Sequence record: KX397371.1
Direction: 5' to 3' (one strand)
Length of the DNA stretch: 64,000 bases
Shown here in pieces: positions 45,596-54,560 of this stretch. A model generated the notes under the pieces. It was not told where the DNA came from. It did no database searches and saw only the letters and a list, made by a program, of their open reading frames with translations. The first letter of the stretch is position 1; each line of letters opens with the position of its first letter. The translations under genes and the position numbers were made by a program.

Positions 45596-46081
45596 ATGAT
45601 TGAAGCAGCGATTCTTAAAGACTCGACTGAGCTGACAACAGATCAGCAGAAACAGTTGTTAGGTTTACATTATGCTTTTTTGAATTACCAACGTAGCGTT
45701 TTAGGCGTCAAGATTGACGTGCCTGAGCTGGCCGTTGCCACACTGTTCCGCGGTAACCGCATTGCGGTTGCACTCGAAGCAGGTCGTGTGGTGGGCTACT
45801 GCATTTACCGGGTTATTTCCGGGGTGCTAAAACTGCGTACGCTCTTTGTGGCTGAAGAACACCGTCGTTCCGGTAAGATGTCTGCCCTCATTGAGTTGAT
45901 TAGCGCGCGTGAGGTCTATGCCAATGCACAACTGACCGTGCATCAAAAATGCCGACCTGCGTACAATTTCTTTACACGTCTGGGGTACGTGGCCAGTGAG
46001 TTAGATGGCTGGTTAAACCTGTTCTTTGATAGACACACCAGTTTGGCCAATAACAAGACCACACAATCAGCCGTTGTTTAA
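45596..46081 (+). CDS. GNAT-family acetyltransferase
   Basis: VALEAGRVVGY, LFVAEEHRRSGK (motif A), AYNFFTRLGY. Confidence 0.85.
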   Translation: MIEAAILKDSTELTTDQQKQLLGLHYAFLNYQRSVLGVKIDVPELAVATLFRGNRIAVALEAGRVVGYCIYRVISGVLKLRTLFVAEEHRRSGKMSALIELISAREVYANAQLTVHQKCRPAYNFFTRLGYVASELDGWLNLFFDRHTSLANNKTTQSAVV

Positions 46082-46086
46082 AACTG

Positions 46087-46144
46087 TAGCTCTCCTTACG
46101 ATTCACCTCACTATGAGTGAAGTGTTTTTACGTGAGGAGAGCTA
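46087..46144 (+). promoter_or_regulatory. Long hairpin sequestering the SD of 46148
   Basis: tagctctccttacg (46087-46100) pairs with cgtgaggagagcta (46131-46144). Inner hairpin ttca-c-ctca-cta-tgag-tgaa. Confidence 0.55.
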
Positions 46145-46147
46145 TTT

Positions 46148-46480
46148 ATGTTAAACCCTAAAATTTCGTTTATCCCGGAAATCGTCTGTGCGCAAGAATA
46201 CGCACGGGTGATACCGTTCTTAAAGGACACACTGATGGCTGAGCCAAAGCATGTGAATGTGGGGACGATTGGTCACGTTGATCATTCCCGTTCCGGTATC
46301 TCGGCGTGTATTTCTGGCGCACTGGGTACCTTACCAAAGACCACGACCCACTGGGATGTGATCGGTGTTAAACCGCAGCAACCGTTGAACGCAATGAATG
46401 CGAGCATGGTGGAGCTGATTGAAGACGCGGTGCTTAACGGCCGAGACGTTTACGTTGCGCACGTTCACCCGAAGGTGTAG
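46148..46480 (+). CDS. Small protein containing the EF-Tu N-terminal motif HVNVGTIGHVDH
   Basis: 12-residue identity to EF-Tu (KPHVNVGTIGHVDHGKT), but GKT is replaced by SRS. Alternative start at 46235. Confidence 0.6.
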   Translation: MLNPKISFIPEIVCAQEYARVIPFLKDTLMAEPKHVNVGTIGHVDHSRSGISACISGALGTLPKTTTHWDVIGVKPQQPLNAMNASMVELIEDAVLNGRDVYVAHVHPKV

Positions 46481-46482
46481 CA

Positions 46483-46995
46483 ATGAGTCAGGTAGACATC
46501 TACGGTGAGGAGCACACGGTAGATGAGCGCAATCGGGTGGAATGGGCAATACTCGATAACCATCGTCGTAAGCCTTACCAGTTCCTGCTGTGCGAAGAAC
46601 TGGGGCCGTATGCTTGGCATACCCCTAAAGAAATCGCACAGGCTATCAAAGACCGGATGTGGAGCATTTCACCACGCGGGTTGGAACTGGCCTTAAAGCT
46701 CAAGATACCGGCCATCGGTATCGACCTTTGGGATGACGATGTTTATGCCAAAGACATCAAAGATAAAAACGGCTTTGCGGTCAATGTAAGCCGGAGTTTC
46801 TTCTTACGTGAAACCAAGATGGTGGACACGATAGAGGAGTACCGACAGAAAGGTCGGTTGGCCGTCATGTTAGGTGACGCGCATTTACGTACCGTTGCGA
46901 CAAAAGAGCTGGGTGAACCTTCTTTGCTGTGGCAGCGGTTTCGAAAAGACAAACAAGTGGTTATTTACCGTAGCCCTTGTAAAGAAATTGACTAA
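46483..46995 (+). CDS. Possible ChaN/TraB/Tiki-superfamily metal-binding protein
   Basis: YGEEH, LCEE, IGID, RE..M and GDAH pattern. Confidence 0.4.
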   Translation: MSQVDIYGEEHTVDERNRVEWAILDNHRRKPYQFLLCEELGPYAWHTPKEIAQAIKDRMWSISPRGLELALKLKIPAIGIDLWDDDVYAKDIKDKNGFAVNVSRSFFLRETKMVDTIEEYRQKGRLAVMLGDAHLRTVATKELGEPSLLWQRFRKDKQVVIYRSPCKEID

Positions 46996-47007
46996 GGATA
47001 ACAGGCC

Positions 47008-47400
47008 ATGACTTTTAGACCCGCCATTCAAACTGTTTACGAAGACGAAGCGAAAGTGCTACAAATTACACAACTGGCGCACGAAATGATGCTGCGTTGG
47101 AAGTGCACCCAAATCGGCAACACCATGTTGACCCGCCTTAATTTCCTGCTGCGCATGGAGCCGGAGATTGAAATGGCCAACATCACACCGAAGTACCTTC
47201 GTCCGTCTCTGTTCCGTGAAGTCAAAATGTTGACCCACATTGGTGTCGATGTGCGGAAGGTCTGGCCTGCTATGATGAACCCGCAGAAATGCGAACAAAT
47301 TACATCAACCATCAATCTTGTGTCTTGCCTTCGCCGTAGTGGAATCCACCACGAAGGGTTGGAAGCCGCATTTGCTTCCTGGGTAAGGAAAAATAAATGA
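47008..47400 (+). CDS. Hypothetical protein
   Basis: 130-aa ORF, SD aagga. Confidence 0.6.
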   Translation: MTFRPAIQTVYEDEAKVLQITQLAHEMMLRWKCTQIGNTMLTRLNFLLRMEPEIEMANITPKYLRPSLFREVKMLTHIGVDVRKVWPAMMNPQKCEQITSTINLVSCLRRSGIHHEGLEAAFASWVRKNK

Positions 47401-47663
47401 CCAAAGTTATACCGGAGCATGTCTCCGAAGCCTTAAAAGAGTTGTCGGGTGTTCACCGACCGCTCATCAGTAGCTGTACCGAGGCGGAGCGCACATACCT
47501 CCACTCGACGTTAGCCATTGCATTACGGTGGTACGAAAAGGATACCCGGCCGGTAGCGGAGGGTTACAAACGTACCTTCTACTACACCCGTAAAGACGAG
47601 TTCCCCCACACCTACGTCTTTACGCATTCCGATGAGATTATCAACCATGCTCATCTTCCGTGA
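47397..47663 (+). CDS. Hypothetical protein
   Basis: ATGA-coupled 88-aa ORF. Confidence 0.55.
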   Translation: MTKVIPEHVSEALKELSGVHRPLISSCTEAERTYLHSTLAIALRWYEKDTRPVAEGYKRTFYYTRKDEFPHTYVFTHSDEIINHAHLP

Positions 47664-48132
47664 TGAACGCCACGTTGAGGGCGATTTGTTTAATGCTCCA
47701 GAAACGTACAAAGTCATCACGATAAACTGCGTCGGAGCAATGGGCAAGGGTATTGCGCTTGCCTGTCGCGAACGTTATCCCGATTTGTATGAAAACTATC
47801 GCACGCGTTGTCGTGCTGGTGAAATTACAATCGGGCACGTTTACCTCTACGAAGAGGAGAAGATTATTCTGCTGCCAACCAAGACCCACTTTAAGATGCG
47901 GTCTGAGTTGTCATTCGTCACGACAGGGATTGATGCGTTAGCCGACCTTGGGCGTGACCTGAACGAGTCCATTGCTATCCCGCCTTTGGGGATGGTAAAT
48001 GGGTGGATGAAATGGAAAGAACGTGTAGAGGTTTATCATCACCTCTACAACCGGCTACAACCTGGAGAAACGAACTATCGCGTATACTTGCCTTTAGCGT
48101 TAATCACAGAGGCAAAGAAAGCCTTAATCTAA
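47647..48132 (+). CDS. Macrodomain protein (DarG-like ADP-ribose hydrolase fold)
   Basis: GDLF..TINCVGAMGKGIALA..YP..Y..Y...C, LPTK.H, SIAIPPLG..NG..W. Confidence 0.85.
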   Translation: MLIFRDERHVEGDLFNAPETYKVITINCVGAMGKGIALACRERYPDLYENYRTRCRAGEITIGHVYLYEEEKIILLPTKTHFKMRSELSFVTTGIDALADLGRDLNESIAIPPLGMVNGWMKWKERVEVYHHLYNRLQPGETNYRVYLPLALITEAKKALI

Positions 48133-48137
48133 ACTTT

Positions 48138-48161
48138 CTTAAATAGATATTATCACATGGG
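48138..48161 (+). promoter_or_regulatory. Degenerate copy of the putative early promoter motif
   Basis: cttaaatagatattatcacatggg shares atagatattatc with 57673. Confidence 0.45.
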
Positions 48162-48247
48162 CACGTACCAAGGAGTCATTGCTGTCCGCGCCGTTATTCA
48201 TGTCGAGTAACGGAAAAGTATAAAGAACACCAACGGAGTATACGACG

Positions 48248-49012
48248 ATGTTACGTTTCATTCTTATTTGCTTGGCAACATTGCTGTCGTTTAACGCGGC
48301 TGCCATCACTTCGAGTCCAAAGAAGGACTACGCAACAGAGTTCAAGATGATTGAGGGCCGGTTTGAAAAGGTTCGCCCCCTCATCGTGAAAATCAGTAAT
48401 GAGCAAGGCGTCCACAGTGGACTCATGACGACACTGATTTATAAGGAATCCACATTCAACCGCATGGCGGTGAATAAACAGGGCAGTACGGCAAAAGGGC
48501 TCGTCGGTATGACTGACCCCACCAAGCGAGCGATGCTCAAAATGTACGGTAAGCAGCTTGGACTTGCCCGCAATGCAGACATTCATAATTCGCGCGTGGC
48601 CATTAAATTAGCCTCGGCCTATCTTAACCATGTCGAAAACGCCATGACCAAACGCTTGAAGCGTCCTGTGTCTAACGGAGAAATTTATCTGGGCTACAAA
48701 TTCGGCCCTGCGGGTGCTATCGCTATGCTCAAGAAGAAACCGTCTAAGGCGGCTCGTGAGCTTCGCTCCTATAAACGGGATGCGGCCTTTTATGGCGCGT
48801 TGGTTAAGCCTATCGATGCATCTGAACCAGTAAAACAAACTGCCGCAGTCAAACCTGACGACAGTGAGAAAGTCGCCGAACTCCAAGAGATTTGGCACAC
48901 CTTGTACGGCACATATGCGCCGGTAACTCGCACCACGTTACTGGCCTCTACATTGACTATAGGAGCACCGCTTGAACATCGTCCAACAACCATGGTATCC
49001 CGCTTTATGTAA
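48248..49012 (+). CDS. Lytic transglycosylase (SLT domain) with Sec signal peptide
   Basis: MLRFILICLATLLSFNAAA signal, LIYKESTFN..A.N..STAKGL (catalytic ES), AYL, YLGYKFGP. Confidence 0.75.
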   Translation: MLRFILICLATLLSFNAAAITSSPKKDYATEFKMIEGRFEKVRPLIVKISNEQGVHSGLMTTLIYKESTFNRMAVNKQGSTAKGLVGMTDPTKRAMLKMYGKQLGLARNADIHNSRVAIKLASAYLNHVENAMTKRLKRPVSNGEIYLGYKFGPAGAIAMLKKKPSKAARELRSYKRDAAFYGALVKPIDASEPVKQTAAVKPDDSEKVAELQEIWHTLYGTYAPVTRTTLLASTLTIGAPLEHRPTTMVSRFM

Positions 49013-49484
49013 AGCGGCACAATTGACAGCCGGTGACATTCTGTCAATTGCGTTAGGGGCGGACACTATCGACCCTGAAAAACCATTTACCCGAGAAGAG
49101 TTCTCGGAGCGCCACAACTTCTGGGATGCGTTTGAAAATGCGTTCGGTGATACCGAAGATGCAGAATTCGACTGGAACGCAAACCAAGCGGTCATGTGGA
49201 TATGTGGCATGCGCCCGTATGTTGACGAAACCGAAGTCGGCCATGTCCTGACGTGGCGTCAAAGCCAAGCGTACAATCGCGACCTGAGCTTCACCGAAGC
49301 GTATATGGAAGCGTCTGTTGCGTTGCAGAACATTTTCTGGGGTGAGTCAGCGTACGTTCAACGTTCGTTCCTGACCATTCTGGAAAAGCTCAAGCAGACG
49401 CACAAAATCTGGCGCAGTGAAACGGCCCCAGAGCATCTGTTTGTGCTGGAGTACCAAGTGGTGCCTAACCAGCCGTTAGTGTAA
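48972..49484 (+). CDS. Hypothetical protein
   Basis: TTG start 6 nt after aggag. Overlaps the end of the SLT gene. Confidence 0.55.
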   Translation: MNIVQQPWYPALCKAAQLTAGDILSIALGADTIDPEKPFTREEFSERHNFWDAFENAFGDTEDAEFDWNANQAVMWICGMRPYVDETEVGHVLTWRQSQAYNRDLSFTEAYMEASVALQNIFWGESAYVQRSFLTILEKLKQTHKIWRSETAPEHLFVLEYQVVPNQPLV

Positions 49485-49487
49485 CCG

Positions 49488-49525
49488 AAAACACCAGACC
49501 TTTCGGGGTCTGGTTGTTTTAATTT
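49488..49525 (+). terminator. Intrinsic terminator
   Basis: accagacct-ttcg-gggtctggt followed by tgttttaatttatttt. Confidence 0.75.
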
Positions 49526-49552
49526 ATTTTGCCCCCTACAAGGAGATTCTTT

Positions 49553-50041
49553 ATGTTTGCACGTTATCAACGCTGGGGACACAACGATCCCTATGCCTAC
49601 TTCATGTTAAACGCACTGGTTGTCTGCACCCTCTTTTACGCTTACGGGGTGTTCGTGCTCAATCAAGACCCGGCAGGAGCTTTTCTGTTTGTCTACATCG
49701 GCATGTGGGTATTTTGTTGCAGCATCATGGCAATCCTCTACCGACTGACCATGGTCGAATACTGGGTAGACCACTCTGGTTACACGCTTGAAGAGTTGAA
49801 CTGGCTGCAACGTCTTGCGGCAGAGGAAGTGCGTGGGTTGTACAAGACCGCTGATTGGATGGACTTGCGCAATGCGGCAAAACGCGTTCAGCGTGAGTTG
49901 CCAAACTTTGACATGGATTACGCGATCATGGCCATTATTTGGGCGCAAGGCAAACGGAACAAACCGGTCAGGGTCTGTGAGGACGCCACCGATTTCATCG
50001 CGTTCAACCCAAAGATATGGCACATCGTCAATTACGTTTAA
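49553..50041 (+). CDS. Membrane protein (2 TM)
   Basis: SD aaggag. Two hydrophobic segments near the N-terminus. Confidence 0.6.
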   Translation: MFARYQRWGHNDPYAYFMLNALVVCTLFYAYGVFVLNQDPAGAFLFVYIGMWVFCCSIMAILYRLTMVEYWVDHSGYTLEELNWLQRLAAEEVRGLYKTADWMDLRNAAKRVQRELPNFDMDYAIMAIIWAQGKRNKPVRVCEDATDFIAFNPKIWHIVNYV

Positions 50042-50053
50042 GGAAAAATATTG

Positions 50054-50617
50054 ATGGCTAATACATCGCTCATTAAGTTGGCAGAAATCAGAAAGCCGGT
50101 TCATCCGTTCCGGCTATACATTCTCACCCGTTGGCGTTTCCTCTCCACGTACTTGGTACTGGTGATGTTGTGTCTCATCTCCTCGGTCATTCTCTCACTG
50201 CTGACCAACTGGAGTGCGTTTGATCTGTTGGTGTTTGAATCCTTTGTCATTCCGGTACTCATCACACTCAGCGTGACGGGATACCTGAAACGACGTTGGA
50301 TACAGAAATCTACACTGACCACGGATGATGTTTACGAACTGGTCGGCTATGGGAAGTGGCTGGTGCGCAAATACGGCAAAAGGATGGAGTGGCCAACGAT
50401 TTGCGCGGCCGCATCTAATCCTGAACCCAAAGTAGGGTCGCAGGCAGGATACTCAAGCCCGCCACGTTTCGACCGTGAGTTTCCACAGGAGGCTGTGCTT
50501 GGTGGTATTCTTTGTGCCATGGTGAAAGAAGGCGGTTGGGATTCTTTACCGCAAGAAGCCATCAACGCCATGTTCTATTACCCGAACATCTACAAGCCGT
50601 TCTACGGCCACTATTAA
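50054..50617 (+). CDS. Membrane protein (2 TM)
   Basis: FLSTYLVLVMLCLISSVILSLL and LLVFESFVIPVLITLSVTG. Confidence 0.6.
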   Translation: MANTSLIKLAEIRKPVHPFRLYILTRWRFLSTYLVLVMLCLISSVILSLLTNWSAFDLLVFESFVIPVLITLSVTGYLKRRWIQKSTLTTDDVYELVGYGKWLVRKYGKRMEWPTICAAASNPEPKVGSQAGYSSPPRFDREFPQEAVLGGILCAMVKEGGWDSLPQEAINAMFYYPNIYKPFYGHY

Positions 50618-50669
50618 TTTTACGTAATCCACCCTTTTAATGACTATCTAAAACACAAGGAATAACAAC

Positions 50670-51551
50670 ATGTTTCATGCTTCCGTAATCAAAGCCCTCG
50701 TAGCCCGTATCCAATCTCGTGACTTCTCTTATCCGCTGAATGCACTGAATGCGCTCAGTAACCTCATCGTCATGCGCAACGCCGGTCTGAACACGGTTAC
50801 GGTTTCTGAACTCGAAACGCTGCTCGGGTGTGAGCTGGAAAAGGCATTCCCGCTGCCTGCCATTCAAATCGTCGTTGACGGCGTTGAAAACACCGTGGCC
50901 ATCAACGGTCACAAATTCCACACGCCGGATGAAGAAGCGGCGAAGCTGACGTGGCGTCCACACCCAGCATGGGGCATTGTGGTCAAAGACGAAGCGGGTG
51001 TTTACCAGCTTATCGCCTCCGCTGACCCGTACCGTATTCCGCGTGGTGAACTGTCTATTCCGTTTGACTATGCCGAGTACGAAGAATCCCTCGGTGCTAT
51101 CAAGCAGGACAACATGCTGATGTCCCGCGGCCAGGTTATCTGGGAAATCCGTAATTGGTCTGACGTGTCGAAGATTCTCAACTCCTGCGAATATTTCGAA
51201 ATGGGTATTCAGCGTCGTCATCCACAGTTTAAGGATGAAATCCCCACCCTACTCGGCAACGAAGACGATCTGAAAACCACCTTCGTTGATATCAACCTGC
51301 TGGAAGAACGTGGTCTGGAAATCGGGGCTTACGGCAACTCCGTGCTGGAACTGGTTGACCGTCTGATTAAAGTCGAAGGTGAAACCGTGAAGGTGGACAT
51401 CGATGAAGAACAGATGGCTATCGTAGCGAAGATTCACAAAGAGCTGGGCATCGATGCAATCGTCGAGCAGCTCCAGCGTGTCCCGGCCAAGAAGCGTACC
51501 CGCAAAGAAGTGCGCGGTATTATGGCTGCGTTCCTCGCTCAAGACAAATAA
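50670..51551 (+). CDS. Hypothetical protein
   Basis: 293-aa ORF, SD aagga. No motif recognised. Confidence 0.65.
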   Translation: MFHASVIKALVARIQSRDFSYPLNALNALSNLIVMRNAGLNTVTVSELETLLGCELEKAFPLPAIQIVVDGVENTVAINGHKFHTPDEEAAKLTWRPHPAWGIVVKDEAGVYQLIASADPYRIPRGELSIPFDYAEYEESLGAIKQDNMLMSRGQVIWEIRNWSDVSKILNSCEYFEMGIQRRHPQFKDEIPTLLGNEDDLKTTFVDINLLEERGLEIGAYGNSVLELVDRLIKVEGETVKVDIDEEQMAIVAKIHKELGIDAIVEQLQRVPAKKRTRKEVRGIMAAFLAQDK

Positions 51552-51597
51552 ATAAAAAGCCTACCTACCCCGTCGGGGTAGGTAGCTTTATTTTTTT
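51546..51597. terminator. Bidirectional terminator (twin of 61571)
   Basis: ctacctacccc-gtc-ggggtaggtag with A-run before and T-run after. Confidence 0.85.
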
Positions 51598-52213
51598 AAT
51601 TTGTTAAGCCAGCATCTTTGATGATTTTCAACATGTTGTCGTTCATCACCTGCAACTCATTCGCACGCTGCGTTGCTGCTGCCAATTGCTCAGTCAGCGG
51701 AGCCGATTGACGAATGTTCGCTTTGCGTCGTGCTTCCATCTTGATATGGTCTTCCTCGGTGACAGTCCCCTCGTATTGCATGACGGTCAACTCACCGGTG
51801 GTTTCCACACCCACTTGCGATTTAATCAGCGCAATGATGTCATCATTCAGCTTACCCGCATCCACATAACTCGGCGTCAACCCCAAATCGAACACATACA
51901 CATTACGGGTATACGAAATCGAGTTTTGTCCGGGGTAATCTGCCAAGAACGTGTTGGGCACATAACGGACTTCCCCATCGGTCGATTTGAACGTTAAGAT
52001 TGCAGCCTTAACATCCGCATCGTCGAGATAGTCCTGCCGTGATAGCCCTTTTGGTTCGTAATACTTGAGATAAACATCCTCACCATCACGTACCAGTTCG
52101 GGGAACGTACGAATGGCCTCGAGTTTGAAGACCACGTTGCTCGGAAACTCGTAGGGGTTATTCGCGGTGAACAACCCGGCTAAGTTTACCTCTGGCGTTA
52201 AAGGTATCCGCAT
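51596..52213 (-). CDS. Probable virion-associated protein
   Basis: 205-aa ORF directly downstream of 52224 on the minus strand, SD aaggag. Function from context only. Confidence 0.5.
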   Translation of the reverse strand: MRIPLTPEVNLAGLFTANNPYEFPSNVVFKLEAIRTFPELVRDGEDVYLKYYEPKGLSRQDYLDDADVKAAILTFKSTDGEVRYVPNTFLADYPGQNSISYTRNVYVFDLGLTPSYVDAGKLNDDIIALIKSQVGVETTGELTVMQYEGTVTEEDHIKMEARRKANIRQSAPLTEQLAAATQRANELQVMNDNMLKIIKDAGLTN

Positions 52214-52223
52214 TTACGACTCC

Positions 52224-53582
52224 TTATTGCCAAACAGCGCTACGTGCCAGAACACGGAACTCCACGTTCTCGAACTCAAAGACCCAGAAGGTTAACCCGT
52301 CGTGATCTTCATCTTCCATTTTCACCACGTTCAGGGATGAGTTATATGGATGGTACTCCTCGGCCGCAATCAATGCTTCGAGGTATAAGCTCAACCATTC
52401 TGTGGTCGGTTTTGAAACACGGGAGATGTCCGGGTTGCTGCTGCCAATCAACGCGTAGTCTGGAATGATGTCCATCAAGGACGCTTTCTTCTTATCATTC
52501 TCAGGGCCAGCGATTGCGATAGCATTGAGCGACTTATAAATGCTCGGCAAGTCAGAAACTTCCGTGGTCGGTAACGGGATAGTACCGTTATTTTTCTCAG
52601 CAGCGGTGAGCGCGCGCCATTCGCCGAATTTGGAAATGGCTTTTACCTGGAGATCATATGGGAACAGGGGCAAATATAATGCTGCGACGTCTTCTTGGTT
52701 TGGAATCCCTCGGATAGACCAGCCAGGAATGATGGTGAATTTGGTAGTGGTGAAGATTTCCGGGAAGACCGGCACCCAATCCTTATTCCCATAATCCGAG
52801 TTCGCCAGAATGTAATCGCGTAATGCTTGTTTCTGGCGAGTTGGGTTCAAACCTGCCCGACCGTAGATTATGAGGGTCATCGGAATGACCAATGTAGCCT
52901 CGTAGTCCTCGCGGTCGTGCCAGGTGTAGTTGTGCGTTAAACGCGCCGTAAATGGATAACCGTCAGCGAGTACGTTGACTTTATCGTCGTGGTCGGGTAA
53001 GTTGAAAGATTCCATCGCTTTTGCGACAACCGTTTTGACAGCCTGGAAGGTGTCAACCGGCATGATGGGCATCTGCACTTCAATTTCCCAGCCAAGATAA
53101 TCTTGATCAAAATCAGCGTCTGAGAACCAAACCATAATTTGGTTATCAACATCGGATGGACTTTCTACTTTGTCCACCGTGGTTTCGAATTTCCAGCTCA
53201 CCCAGCGTGGGAACCAGTTACCGTTTGCCTGAATCATGGCACCCGTCTGCACATTGCTGATTGTGGTTTGGAATTGTCCCACTAACAAACGCTGAAACTC
53301 TGACTCGTCATTTTTCGTGTTGCCCAGAATCGCTTGGTTGTAAATCCACTGGGTCAGCGCGAGGACATGGTCAGTAAAGAGTGCCGGTACTTTTATCTTC
53401 GTCTCATCGCGAAGATACGTGAACGCCACTAATTCAACCTGAAGGTTAGCCTTAGCGAATTTTTGTTTATTCTTCGCAAAAGACCAACTTTGATCGGATA
53501 ACTCACCTACTGGAGCAACTGCACCTTCAGGAGCGTTATCGATTAGTGCCGGTATTTCGATGAAGCCTTGTAAATTGAACAT
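52224..53582 (-). CDS. Probable virion structural protein
   Basis: Likely start MFNLQGFIEIP at 53582 with SD ggag. The track's extension to 53705 overlaps the divergent gene. Confidence 0.55.
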   Translation of the reverse strand: MFNLQGFIEIPALIDNAPEGAVAPVGELSDQSWSFAKNKQKFAKANLQVELVAFTYLRDETKIKVPALFTDHVLALTQWIYNQAILGNTKNDESEFQRLLVGQFQTTISNVQTGAMIQANGNWFPRWVSWKFETTVDKVESPSDVDNQIMVWFSDADFDQDYLGWEIEVQMPIMPVDTFQAVKTVVAKAMESFNLPDHDDKVNVLADGYPFTARLTHNYTWHDREDYEATLVIPMTLIIYGRAGLNPTRQKQALRDYILANSDYGNKDWVPVFPEIFTTTKFTIIPGWSIRGIPNQEDVAALYLPLFPYDLQVKAISKFGEWRALTAAEKNNGTIPLPTTEVSDLPSIYKSLNAIAIAGPENDKKKASLMDIIPDYALIGSSNPDISRVSKPTTEWLSLYLEALIAAEEYHPYNSSLNVVKMEDEDHDGLTFWVFEFENVEFRVLARSAVWQ

Positions 53583-53603
53583 AAAAATAAACTCCGAGGT
53601 GAG

Positions 53604-54093
53604 CATGATAGCTGCAATTATTAAACTGCTTCCTTTTCTCCAGTTGCTTCTAGAAGCATTCAAGCCGGGGGATGGAGAAAAGGTAACCCGAGCCAATAAA
53701 ATCACAGCACTCGCAATCGTTTTACTTCTGACGTATTCACTCTTTGTGTCGTACGCCTACGTTGACCAGTTTCATAAATTGGTTCAGATTCGAGAACACG
53801 ACCAGTACGTCGCTCGCCAGAACGACGAGCGTGGAGAGACCATCAAAACGCAGGCGGATGAGTTAAGAACGCTCTACAGCCGCATTTTCGAATGCTTGAG
53901 CAATCGACCATATGATGGCGCGAAGGGCGCAGCAAGTGTACCACCTCCTGCTCCAGTGGCGGTACCGCAAACACCGGTTCACACCGAAACCAAAACCGCC
54001 GACAACAAGCGCGAGGCTGCTGCTAAGCCGGTAGGTGTAGTAGATATGAGTCAGTTCCGTCAAGAACTGCTCAAGAACTTAAACGAGGAGTGA
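53604..54093 (+). CDS. Inner-membrane protein, i-spanin (Rz-like) or holin candidate
   Basis: ATG after gaggtg. One TM (ITALAIVLLLTYSLFVSYAYV), helical coiled-coil region, Pro/Ala linker. Confidence 0.5.
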
Positions 54094-54560
54094 AAATGAG
54101 GGTCATGCTAATTTGCTTATCGCTGTTGCTCACAGCGTGTAGCAGCTGGGCACCCGTCAAGACGACCACTGCAAACACTGAGTGGTCGGTTCGTGAACTT
54201 GGACCACCCCCTGTTTATCCACAAGGGGTAGTAAATCTGGATGACCCGCGATACCGTTCGTGGGTGGCAGATGTTAATGCGTATGCGTACTACGTGTTCG
54301 TGTACGCCCGTAATCTTAACGATTACGCCAGAGTTCATGGATGGCGGCCACCGCAAGTTGCACCCATTTGTGAGAAGTTTGATTTGTGGGTGGTTCATCC
54401 CATTCCACAACGCATTACCTTGGACGAACGTGCTCGCCGTCCTGAGGACATCTCACGCGATTTGGCAACGCAACTCAAGCGCATTCTACTGAACTACCGT
54501 GAAGATCGTAAGTCTTTCCAGAAAGCATACGAAGCCCACCTTAGCACATGCCTTAACTAA
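54090..54560 (+). CDS. Outer-membrane lipoprotein, o-spanin (Rz1-like) candidate
   Basis: MRVMLICLSLLLTA-C lipobox, Pro-rich mature region, 4-nt GTGA overlap with the preceding gene. Confidence 0.6.
   Translation: MKMRVMLICLSLLLTACSSWAPVKTTTANTEWSVRELGPPPVYPQGVVNLDDPRYRSWVADVNAYAYYVFVYARNLNDYARVHGWRPPQVAPICEKFDLWVVHPIPQRITLDERARRPEDISRDLATQLKRILLNYREDRKSFQKAYEAHLSTCLN

Noticed and set aside
46148-46480. Functional elongation factor Tu (tuf) or tuf pseudogene
   Set aside because: Only about 12-20 residues match, the GKT lysine is lost and flanking frames show no further EF-Tu sequence.
34945-50625. Recurring TTTTACGT in intergenic gaps (about 34948, 42107, 46126, 50618) as a promoter class
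   Set aside because: Short, and mostly overlapping T-tracts after stops or terminators. It cannot be separated from chance without genome-wide statistics.
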